Of a stretch of DNA of 64,000 bases, positions 23,327 through 35,009 are shown piece by piece (positions within the stretch are counted from its first letter, which is position 1; every line of letters begins with the position of its first letter). The notes beneath the pieces are model-generated. The model did not search any database and had not been told where the DNA came from. It saw nothing but the letters and a program-made list of their open reading frames with translations. Where the stretch lies: assembly GCF_009914755.1 (NCBI RefSeq), contig NC_060927.1, one strand, 5' to 3'. The translations under genes were made by a program, and so were the position numbers. This stretch comes from the human T2T-CHM13v2.0 reference genome, Homo sapiens.

Positions 23327-24679
23327 ATGGTAGGATGGTGAAGGAGACGCTGGAAGAGGTTTTGGGTGAGCAATTCCCCTTTGCCCTACAATTTCCTATG
23401 GGGAAAGCCACCACAGGAAGAGAGCTAGTGAGGGGTACTGTAAAGCTCAGGGCCAGGGAAGGCCTCTAGTTGCCTGGATCTAAGAGTGGTATCAATGGTG
23501 CCAATGGGATAGAAGTAAAAACAGGAGGTCAAAACTTGCATGTAAGAATGAAGATCATTTTAATCAGTTGTCATTCAGGATCACCTGCCCTCCTCAATGG
23601 CACTGAAACTTTACTATGTTTCTCTAAATGTGCTTACCCACATCCTCTTGGCAACTATTGCTTCCCGTCTTGTCCACCATTCTCATATCTGTCCAATTCA
23701 AGTTTATCCACGTTCTCCATCTCTGTTCCCTATTTTGCTCCATCACCTCACCAACATATATTAAGGTCAATAATACTGAACATGTTGCCCAATTCAAAGT
23801 TAACTGTTAAAACCTCATCCTAATTGATGCTTTATAAATTTTGCCATTGTGAATTAATCCCTTCTTAAAATTCTTTCTTCTACTGACATCTTTTCATGGT
23901 ATCCTCCTGTCTGCATCTGTTTCTTTATACTTTGGCTGTTCTTCCCGTTTCCTTTGCTACATCCTCCTCTACCTAAACTTTAAACGCTGAGTATCTTAGT
24001 ATTTGGTCCTGTGCCCTTTTCTCATCCTTAGGTAGTACTTCTTGAAGGTATTTTATATGTACTCTAATTCGAGGTGTTTTTTTTTTTTTTTTTTTCCTGA
24101 TGAGTTTACAACATCTAGTGAAGTACTCCCTTCTCTTATTAATGACTCTTATGAGGTTGTCAGAGTACACCTCATATAAAGACTCTGAGGCTGGGGTTTC
24201 AACTGTAACAATTAATGATGGGCTACTTTCAATCTTCATGGTTTGATTTATTTAATGAAAAATGAGACTTTAAATATTTCTGGTTGACTCAGCAGAGACA
24301 CATAGCAAATGATAGCACCTGCTTCACACAAAATTCTCATTCGCTGGGAGCCCAGCCAGGGTTGGCCAGGACTCTCTCTTAGCACCTCTATCTACCATTA
24401 GCATACACTCCTGAAAGAGTCAGCACCCTCTTTCTGTTAAATGATTTTTTTCCATAATTTCATTAAATTTTTTCATATTTTTTCATGAATTTGCCTGGAG
24501 CTACAGGATTTCACTAGAAGGCATACACACACACATATGCAAATATATGTGTATGATACTATATTACTAGTATATTTTATAGATACTTAAACATAGAGGA
24601 ATCCAAGATGAGAAATAGTGAGGTGAGATGAAAAGATGTCAAGACACTACTTAGGATCTATCAGCAGAGTGAGGTGATA

Positions 24680-24815
24680 GATATGTTAATTAACCTGATT
24701 TAATCATTCCACAATATATACATATTCTACATTCTACAATATATCATAACATCACATTGTACACCCTTAAGTGTATACCATTATTATTTGTAATTAAAAT
24801 GAAGTTTAAAAAAAT
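24680..24815 (+). mobile_element. L1MA 3' terminal fragment
   Basis: ATATGTTAATTAACCTGATTTTAATCATTCCACAAT...CATCACATTGTACACC. Confidence 0.7.
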
Positions 24816-25014
24816 ACAGGTTAGTCTAACAAATGTTCAGATAACATCACCTCATCATTTAACTATGTGCTGTTAAAATGTTAATTATTTTTAAAATATT
24901 AGCAAAGAATATGTACTTAACTGTATAATAGGGTTATCTGTCTTCACAAATGACAGACCTTGAGTTCATTGCATACTTTGAGTTTGTTGTTTGTTTCTTT
25001 GCTAGTTTTCCTCA

Positions 25015-25214
25015 TAGTAATGACAGATCTGGGCTAATGTAACCACATTGTCTCTCTCGGCCTCTGACAAGTGGAATACATTCACACGAAGTCTGGCCTG
25101 GGTATGAGTACAGTTCTGTCCATGGAATGGAACAAAGCTAAGTAGGCCAAGGGGATTAAACCCTTGATCTTGGCATCATTAGCACTGTGTTCTAACCCAC
25201 CAGGCTAACTAACC
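25015..25214 (-). mobile_element. MamSINE1-like SINE with tRNA-Ile-derived head
   Basis: Minus strand GGTTAGTTAGCCTGGTGGGTTAGAACACAGTGCTAATGATGCCAAGATCAAGGGTTTAATCCCC resembles tRNA-Ile(AAT). It continues into a SINE body TTAGCTTTGTTCCATTCCATGG..CTGTAC..CCCAGGCCAG. Confidence 0.7.
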
Positions 25215-26714
25215 ACAGACAAAGACCAATTGGACTAATAAATCACAGCAGCCAGAAGTATCTGGTTTGCATTTATATCTCATTTGTAATACATTATTTT
25301 TATAATTTGATTTAAATATTTTAAAATAAAAAATGTAAAAAGAAAAAGAGAAAAGAAAAATAAAAACTTTGGAAGAAATGAAGCCAGAGGCAATGTTGCT
25401 ATCATTCAGAAGAGAGAAAGCAGGAAGGAAAAGCTATCCCACACGAATTCCCAGCACAAAGTAAGACTATGAGATGTGCTCTCGCTTTCTACGAGAGGTG
25501 TCAGCTGAGAACGTTGAGAGAAAATCACAATTCTTTTAAGTAATTTATGTTTAAGAAGCTTTGTATATAAGGAAAGCTTTTTTGAACCACTTTGAAGGCC
25601 AATAGCTTTTATGAAAATAAAGTACTGTTATGAAAAACAAAAATCTTCTGCTCTGTTGTTGCTGTTTCCAGATTTTCAGTTTTGTGTTTGATCCAAAAAT
25701 GAGGTATGCATGTATTTTCACATCCTAAAAGTAACTCAGTTGCATCCCAACTGCCCAATTCATTCTCATTGTATAAATAGGTCACTGGAGAGGATGTCTT
25801 AGCATTATTGTCCCTGTGGATTTTGATTCCTGGAATATATTCAAAATCCCATCTATTTCCAAAGCCCATTATAAGTAGTACCTCCTTTAGGAAGTGTATC
25901 TTAACATTTGAAAATTGACTTCCCTATACTGTTATAATTTGTGTTGCCTGCATCTTACATTTGGAGACTTGATTGTATGTAATTATTATTGTTGCTCCTT
26001 ATTTTGCTCCAATCATTTCCATTATCGTAATTGTCTCCCTAATGAGAAGACAAATTCCTTAAAGGAAAAGGCAGAATTAGATACCTCTTGGATGACTCAC
26101 ACAGCACAAAAGGTAGGCACAAAGTTTGTACCTGCTGAATTTTATTTGAATTTAACAATTACACCTGTGATCTATGAATATTGTGGGATTGTTAATCTAC
26201 AAATGTTCTTGCTTTGGTCTCTTTCAACACCAAATAAGAAGAACAGAGATGCTAAGAATTTTTATGTGAACATTATACAAGAAATATATGTTGCATTATT
26301 TTTTAGCTTAATTGCCTAATTTACTTTTATGAGTAACTTATGTCTTCAAGTAGATGTCTCTTTGAAAAAAATATCTACAGAATAATGTCAAAATGTTGAA
26401 TGTGATGGGCAATACTTTTGAAGTTTTTTATTTTCTAAGAATTCTAACTACAGCAGTTTTGTTAGTATAGTACAATTACAGTAAAACTGAAAAATATAAA
26501 ATAAATTATTTCAGAAGCTGTGCATCACCTTCAGTAACTATAAATACTAGCATCTCATCTTCACATGTTTGTATCTTGAGGCCTTGCAAAATCAAGTTCA
26601 TCTTGGTGGTATAGTAAGGGACAGATTTCCTGAAATTATCTAACCATAACATAAACTTGATGAATATAAAGGAATAAAGTAACAGCAATAACAGCAATAG
26701 TAATAATGATGATA

Positions 26715-26935
26715 ACAGTTAACCTTTAGAATGCCTACAATATTGTAGGCAGGTCTTAAGTGCTTTACACATACTAACTCATTTACTCCTCACAACAGCC
26801 TCATGAGGTAAGAACAATAATTTTCCCCATCATACAGATTAGGAAATTGAGGCACTAAGTGGTTAAGTGATTTTCTCAACGTTATCCAGCCAGTCAATCT
26901 GTTTCCACAGTTCAGCCCTTAACCAGTGTGCATAC
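26715..26935 (-). mobile_element. MIR
   Basis: AAGTGCTTTACA..CTCATTTACTCCTCACAACAGCC..ACAGATTAGGAAATTGAGGCAC. Confidence 0.75.
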
Positions 26936-27656
26936 TATGTCTCAAAGGTGAGGGTGTTGAAGAAAGTTGATGTGTAATTTTGCCCGTTCTAGATCATTTT
27001 ACCCATTCTATTATAAAAAGTCATAGTCTCTTGTCTACAATTTGTTCCTAGAAACTGAGCAGATAACATCATCTCTGAAATCTAAGATGATGTTCTGTAC
27101 TCTAGACAACAATGATCTTCACTAGAAGGAAAAACTGTGGGTGATAATAACCTGTCCCCTACATATGCCAGCTTCTTGGAATCTCAAGGGGACAGGGACA
27201 GTGAAAGTAAACAAACCAACTAAAATAAAACAACACCTAATGCCTTAATATAATACTTGCCCAGTTATCTTATTTGTAGAATCCAAATATAAATTTTATT
27301 CTTTCTTAAAAGTGAATAACTGAAATAATGGCACGCCCGCTGCCAACTTTGTAGAATTAAATCTCATAAATTCTCAAAGACTGAACTGCTTGTTTATATT
27401 TTCCTTGGGAGCACACCATGTTCTGTATAGATAAAAACAATTTAAAAAGAAAACCTAAAAGAAATTTCTGAGCATTTGGTAATCAGGTCATGACATCATC
27501 AACTTCAGGAATGATGAGAATATGAGGAACTCAATGTGAACAAATGGGAGAGATAAAGATATTGGGAGCTATTCTTGGACAATGTGAGATACGATGCTGA
27601 ATATTAATTGTTACTTCAAACTCAGGAAATGTGCAAAAATTAGACATTAACTAGAG

Positions 27657-27807
27657 CGTTGCTACTCAAGGTGTGGTCTATGGTCCAGCAGGATTGTTAT
27701 TACCTGAGTTAGAAATGAGTAATCTCAGGGCCCCAGTTCAAATCTGCAGAATCTGAATCTGCATTTTGATAAGATCTTCCAAGCACATTAAAATTTGAGA
27801 TTCACTG
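27657..27807. mobile_element. MER5-family hAT-Charlie MITE
   Basis: GCTACTCAAGGTGTGGTC..CCAGCAG...AATCTGCATTTTGATAAGATC..GCACATTAAAATTTGAGA. Confidence 0.7.
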
Positions 27808-28328
27808 AACTAAAGTGTCTCTCTATACCCAATATCAAAATGTAAAATCACATCACTTATATTACCTTTTAGCCTAATTTTTAGACCACAGCCACCTTAA
27901 AAAATAGACTAATTATGTTATATTTATGGCAATTTAAATATATAAAGCCCTTTCCCGGGCACTTACCTCATGTAAAATCCTTATTCTGCCTTTGAGAAAT
28001 TCAGAATATGTACATGTTTTTAATGGTAAACTGTTGCTAAGAGAGAAATTATCATGGGGACAAATACACAGAGGTGGTAGTTTAAACCTTTATCTTGCAA
28101 ATCCAAATTCGGTATCCAAATCCACTTTAACACCCTCACCTTTGAGACATAGTGAGACCTTTTCCATTTCTGAGACAAGCAACTACAGTTGTCAGAACAT
28201 TATTAAGTTGTGTTCAGGAAATTCTGAAGAGTTGACAGTCTATTTTTCTGAGACACAATGTATTCCCAGTACAATTTCCGGTCTTCATGAAGGTAGAAAA
28301 TGTGATTTAGTCAAGCACATGTAAACTA

Positions 28329-29060
28329 TGTCACCACTCTAAGATTTTCTTGACATTTTCTGGATAAACACAATGGTTTGAGGTTAAACTAGACATTTCA
28401 GATGTTTCCCTTCTTCTGCCTGAAATGTTTATTAGGCTATTTGGTGGGGTAGGGGAGTGCACATGTGGGGCCATGGTATGGAGGAGACGCTGTGGTTGCC
28501 TCAGGTTCTTAGTCCTGACACCCCACGTAGCCATCTCTACTCTTTCCCCTTGCCATGGTGACATTCTTGGGAGTCTGCTGCCTCTTGGCATGCTAGGCAG
28601 AGAGCAGAGGCACAGGCATTCCATCCTGTAAAATTCCATTTATGACCGGCTTCTATTTCTCCTCTTCCCTTTTAGGATCCAACTCCAAGGGTGGGGACAG
28701 GAGAGGAGTGGACAGGCCAGAGGTGCCCCCTCTCATATGCTTTCACCAATTCTCTACTCTTTAGTTTCCTGTACAACTCTTCGCTATTTCTTCTAGCCCA
28801 GAGAGTTCTTATCTCTTCAAAGGCAAGAAAAACTAGATCTTCCAGTATTCTTATGTGGCTTTAATTTTAAAGCTTAAAAGTCAGGAGTTGGATGGTTTTG
28901 TTTTTCAGTTTCCATAGCTGCCACTTCCCCTTAAGGCAATGCCTGCCTCAAGTCCGTCTGGTGACCTAAATGGAGGAGAGGTAACGGGGTAAAATGGAAT
29001 GAGGTATGGCAAGCATCGGTTAATATTTAAAAATATTGTCCTTTCTGGTGTCCTATAATT
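28329..29060 (-). mobile_element. Probable ancient LTR, family unassigned
   Basis: GC-richer island ending in minus-strand ..GGTGACA, with AATAAA at 28428-28433 and CATAAA near 28640; right edge uncertain. Confidence 0.35.
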
Positions 29061-30155
29061 CTCATGAGATATATGAAAGTCTAGAGCATTGGACTTTCTA
29101 GAGTTTAAACCATGGAAACTTGGGCTCATCTAATCTGTTTGTCTGAGAATATTTTAGATACTGAATTCAGTTCTTGGTACCACTCTTTAAATGTCATTGT
29201 CAACCTAAGGGATGGTCTTAGGAAAAGAATCAAAATGGAAAGGTGTCTGGGAATGATTTCCTGTGAGGCCTGATTACATGAAATATGATTACTTAGCCTA
29301 CAAAAAAATAGACTAAGAGGAAATAAATATTTAAATATCTATCATATTTATAGGGAAAAGTAAGTAAGCTTTTGCTATTGTTGTTGCTTGTTCCAAGAGC
29401 AGAATGAATTAGAATCGGTGAATTATATTTAAGAAATCTCACTTTAGTTCAAATTAAGTATGGCAGACAAAACATTGCCATTTTCATTTTACTTCTGGAT
29501 AGAGCAACATTATAGAAAAGCCCCAATTCCTGAGATATGATTTGAAGGGAAAAGCCACGAGGAAGGCATGCATTTTACACATATCAAATGGTGATATGAG
29601 GGAGAAATAAAATTTTTATTATGTAATGCCATCACTAATATTTTGTGATTTTTATTTTATCACAGCATATTCTCCTACCTTGAATCATATAGTAAGGAAG
29701 AATTTCCTGGAACAGATATTCAGCAATGAACTGGATTTCCCATGCAGAAGTACCTATTCTATTATGGAAATTATTGAGCAGTAAAAAGAATACATTTATT
29801 CAATAAATGTTTCCTTAAATTTACTTTTACATTTCTTAAAATACGTATCTTCATTGAGTACATACTATGTGCCCACTATTCTAGTATGCAATGAAGAAAA
29901 ATTGGTAGGCAAGATCAGCATGGCCTCTACAGATTGACTGGTTGTTTTGATTAGGTGATTTTTATGTTTGCTTCTGATCCTAAAAGTTTTAGGATCAATT
30001 TAATAATAGATCCTAAATCCTACTGCACATTAAAGTTCCTATAATATTCAGCCATCTCATTTTTTCCATATACATTAGTGTGTATGCATATTTTTGCATT
30101 TTTATTTATACACAGTTTTATATTTCTTATAACTTGCCTAATGATTTTTAAGAAT

Positions 30156-30670
30156 TGTAAATAATCTGAGATTTTTATCCTACTTGTAAGATAACAAGTT
30201 AGCTTGCCCTAGTTTCATGGATGCTAACAGAAGGCAAAAGACTCCTGAATCAGAAACAAAGGACGGTTTATCGCTTACATCAATAGCAGTAACCAAAATA
30301 TCAGCATTTACACTGGTTGCCTGAGTCCCAATTCCTATAAGCAGATGTGAGGAAGGCCAAGTGATGCCCGCACACGCAACGGGTTGCATTAGATTACAGG
30401 GGAGGAATACCAAATTTAGGAAATCTCAGGCTTTTAGAATGGGCTGCAAGCAAGCCTGCCCAAACGTTGTCCCTGAGGAAGACATTACTTATTTTCATAA
30501 TGGATAGCAAACAAGCCTGGTCTCTGACCTCAAATGAGACACTTTCTATCTTCAAAAGTTGTCTTCTATACAAACCTGAAACTTCTCTGAAAAGATAGAA
30601 CAAAAGGCTGTCAGTACTTCCGTTCCCAAGACGCACAGAAACGCTAGAGATCCATAGAAATTGTCTTGCA
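30156..30670 (-). mobile_element. ERVL-type solo LTR (MER76/LTR47-like)
   Basis: TG...CA termini with 5-bp flanks AGAAT/ATAAT; AACAAGTTAGC..GTTTCATGGATGCT..GACTCCTG signature. Confidence 0.7.
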
Positions 30671-30954
30671 ATAATCATACCTGCTAGATTTCAAGTTACC
30701 ATGAACCAGATCCCATCTTTTTCATCACCATATTCAATTTCTTCCCCACTGTCTAGTGCATAGTGCACAGTATAAGGAGCTAAGACTTACTGAGGTCTCA
30801 TGATATGTCACAACTTTTCAAATACCGTGTATGTAAACTCAATTCTAACTACTATTATATAGTTACAAATGTTACCTTCATTTGGCACCTGAGGAAACTG
30901 AAGTCAAAATAATTTAGAAACTCATCTAAGACCAAACAACTAACAACAGTTGGA

Positions 30955-30956
<2 letters not shown>

Positions 30957-31006
<50 letters not shown>
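30957..31006. repeat. Pure (AT)25 microsatellite
   Basis: Read directly. Confidence 0.97.
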
Positions 31007-31008
<2 letters not shown>

Positions 31009-33991
31009 CTAGAAGACGTAAATTGGATTAATAGATGGCTGGAAAATTATGAAACAGAAAAGAAGGCTGTGTGATTATATGCATCAAGCTATGTATCAGG
31101 CTGCAATTATGAGTTTGAACACAGTGCAGTTCTTTCTCCAGACCTCACATACTATTAAAACCAGAGGCTAATGCATATTGTTTTACTATTTGTTGATTTC
31201 TGTAACTGCAATCTGCTCAGGGAATCTACAAGGATGCCTGTGCTGTAACATATCTAATGGAAGCTTTAGTGTCTAGGTTTAATTTGCCTGACTTGGCCAA
31301 AGTTCACGGTAAAAGACTAATTCTATCTGAAAAATACAAGAATTTATTTCATACTGATTGTTCTTAGCAGTATGTCCACTGGCAGAACATTAAAAAACAA
31401 GAAGAATGGCTCTGTTTTATTAGCTGTGGAATAAATGTACAATGGAAAAACTAGCTCATGCCTAAAAGAGAGAGAAGTCATTTCTGTGCTATGTAGCTGT
31501 CCCTGGATATAGACATGACTGTAGCTACACAAAGTATATACTGCTCTATGTCTCGATTTTTGTTTTTCAGAAATTATACTCTGTTCATTTCTAGTCCCCC
31601 TCTTCATAGAATGATCTCTTTTTTCCAGGTTGTAAATATAAAGTGGCATGCATTTGGATAGAAGGAGACTGAAAAATATATATTACTGCATATCAGCAGG
31701 GATATAATGGAGAAAAAGGTGGGAAAAAAGAGGAGTTTGGAAAATCAGGAAATTAAATAAATGTGCACATAATTCCATACCCCAATGTAGAACCATTATC
31801 ATATTAACTTGTATTTTTTCCTCCAATATTTAAGTGATTCATCAACAAATTCACACAACACATACTTATTGAGCACCTACTATATGTCAGATACCATTTA
31901 AGGTGCTGGGCATATAGCAGTATACAAAATGAAACAAATATTCCTGCATACATTCTAGAGATGGTTTTCTAGATAGTACGTATAACATTTTGAATGCTAT
32001 CTTTTAAACTTTTAATCATTTTCCAGGTTACTCATTGGTTTTCATAATCATCATTTTTAAAGGACTGAATGATCTTAACAAAATAGCCAATGATTTCAAC
32101 TACTTTTTTTATGGTTGTTATATTTGCTGTTTGCAATTTCCTTTTCTTCTTTCCTTTCTTCCTTCCTTCTATTTTTATTTAAACATAATTTTTAGGAAAT
32201 AGCCTCATACTGAACATCTTGTCAGACTGCTTTTTTCTCTGTATTTTATACAAGTGTGTTTTTTCAGCTCACATTTCCTTTGGACTTGTGCATGCTGCCT
32301 TTAGACAGTCTTCTCTGTTTTGGGCAAGATTCACATTACAGAGCCTGAATGTTAACACATTGAATTCTCTGACAGCAGAATTGACATTGAATAATTCCAG
32401 AGGTGCCAAAGAATGATTCTCCTGGGATTTCCTTTACCCATAGCTGATTTTTGAAATTTCAAGGTTAGAGCTTCACAACTGCCCTCCTTCAAAATGTACA
32501 TACCACTGCAATACTAAAATCTAGCCTTATTATAATCATCTATGCATTTATAAGAACAAAGAAGGAGCAGGTTTGATAGAGCAGAAGAAGAAAGCAGAAA
32601 ACGAATGGTGCCCATTTTGTCCTATGCATACAATCCAGGCAAGTTCATTTGTACATATGTATATATGAATGTTATTTCTTGCTTCATCATTGCTATGAAA
32701 TACCTAGTATGGGATTATCTGACATTAAGAAAATCTGTCCAACTGTAAGCACGTGTGTAATTGGCTGGGTAAAGGGATCAGGTGTGAATCTCATCAGCGC
32801 AGTGTTTTAGTTGTCTAGAGTCAATAAATAGGAGGGATTTTATATACTGTCAGACTGTTATAATGATTAAGGATAAGAATAAGCTGGGAATGGGGTAGGC
32901 TCATAGATTGTTAGCACTATACGCTTTTCTAGTATAGTTATTTGATTTTCAAGTGGAGAAGCTGAGGACTAAAGAAACTGAGAGACTTAACTAAGTCATA
33001 AAAATAGAACAATATTTCCCTATTAGTATCCTTTTAGCTTGTGTTTACTGCCTCTATACTTGAATGAGCATTTGGATATTTTATAATGGCCTTTCAAAAA
33101 CTCAATTTTTTCAGCTTTTTGAAGGAAAAGACTGTATCAGTAGATGCTCTTATTTAATTGTATTTTTCCTTTTCACCTGGAATCTCAATAATTTTTCCAA
33201 ACCGCTTTGTGGGTATACGTTATGAAAATATGAAATAGAAAGGAAAAAGTGAAAAAAGAAAAAAAAATAGAATGAAGTAACAATTTTAAAGTAAATTGAG
33301 TGAATTCTTTCTCCTAATAATATATAAAACTTCAACATGTGTTTTCTATATAAAAGTTCCAGTTTCCTTTGTATTCCACTAGAAGGAGCCATTCAGTCGC
33401 AACTTTCAGGGCATACTTCCTTCCCAGAATAACATGAAGCATCTATTTTTTTCCTGTTAGACTTGAGCTAAGCATGAGAATCAATTTTCTTAAAACAAAG
33501 TTATCTCTATCTTTAATTAAGAATAAATACTTGTTTTAAATTGTTAATGGATTTGGGCTTTATTCTAATGCATGGTTATGCTCCTCTCTAAGAGTCTGTC
33601 CATCCTAACATGGGAGAACAAAAGGCAGAAAAGTAATCCATATATTTATAAGGGAGCAAAAGGGTGCAAATGAAAATTCTTGGAAACTGGAAGTTGGAAA
33701 AACTAGTTAGAGGAGCATAGAAACCAAATGTCAAATGATTCTCCTATAGTGAATCTACTCATCAGCAATTCCTGGGGCAAGGAAATGGAGATGAAGACCT
33801 TCTTATAAAAAGCACTATTCTAATGTCCAGGAGCTGGACTGGACAAAAAAACTCAATTTCAGTTAACTTCCCAGTCATTACATGATGAAAATATGTCCCT
33901 TCCCTGCTGTCAATTTAGACTTCAGATGATTGAGATCAATGACTTGCTCACATTATTTCAATCTTCTTAGGAAACATATTTGCTTACTCCA

Positions 33992-34364
33992 TGCTAGAGT
34001 CTAAATGTTTGTGTGCCTCCAAAACCTGTATGTTGGAATTTGATCACCAGTGTGGTGGTATTGGGAGGTGAGGGCTTTGCGGGGGTCTAATTACTAGTTA
34101 GATGGTGAAGCCCTCATTAATGGAATCAGTGACATTACAGAAGGGGCCCCAGAAAGCTGCCTTGCCCCTTCTACCATATAAGGACAGAGCTAGACAGTAC
34201 CATCTATGAACCAGAGAGCAGGCCCTCACCAGACCACGACTCTGCCAGCACTTTGATCTTGGACTTCCCAGCCTCTAGCACTGTGAGAAATAAATCAATC
34301 TGTGGTGTTTTCAAGCCAGCCAGTTTATGGTATTTTGTTATAGTAGCCAGAATGGACTAAGACA
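33992..34364 (+). mobile_element. MaLR solo LTR (MLT1A0-like)
   Basis: TG start; GGCCCTCACCAGAC..TCTGCCAGCACTTTGATCTTGGACTTCCCAGCCTC; ends GGACTAAGACA. Confidence 0.85.
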
Positions 34365-35009
34365 CTTTAAGATTCTACTTTAGACAGAAACAAAGTTCTG
34401 AACTATTTTCCTCATATTGTTTGTTAATGCTTGTTTTTATTGTTTACTGGATTGTTACTGAAAATAACTAAATAATATTTCCCCTTTTCCACATTTACTA
34501 TGCTATCTTAGAGAGAGAGAGGGAGAGAGGTTATAGTTTATTGTTTTTTTCTCCACTCATATTTCTGGACAGTTATTTGTTCTTGAATAACGCATGCCAG
34601 TTGAATTTGCATATGCTTATATAATTTATAAATTGCCAGAACACAGTTTTGTAAAACTACCAAATTAAAATATTATGCCCATCAAAATGTAGCATTCCTT
34701 ATTTAGGTTATGCACTATTTCTTAAGTAATGGGAGTGACTCAAAAGCATTTTATAATTATTTATTGAGACCTACTTTTGTAAAACAGGCCATAAAATCTA
34801 TAATAGGCATTATATGCTAAATATTATTTCTCTAAAAATAAAATAAAAATTAAATTTTTAATTGTAAAATTTCATATCTAAGTGGTAGTTATCAAAGGCT
34901 ATATTTAGATTCATAAATTACTGCTCCTCCAAAACAATATATAAATGAATACTTTGCTTTGTCTTTATTAGTTTGGTTACATATTTTCATGTATCTATTA
35001 GGTTTTTTT

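Noticed and set aside
25143-25214. tRNA-Ile gene
   Set aside because: Stems and B box are degenerate (GGTTTAATCC), and the sequence continues into a SINE body.
28331-28639. 102-aa ORF as a processed pseudogene
   Set aside because: No recognisable protein, no poly(A) tail or TSD; the layout fits an old LTR better.
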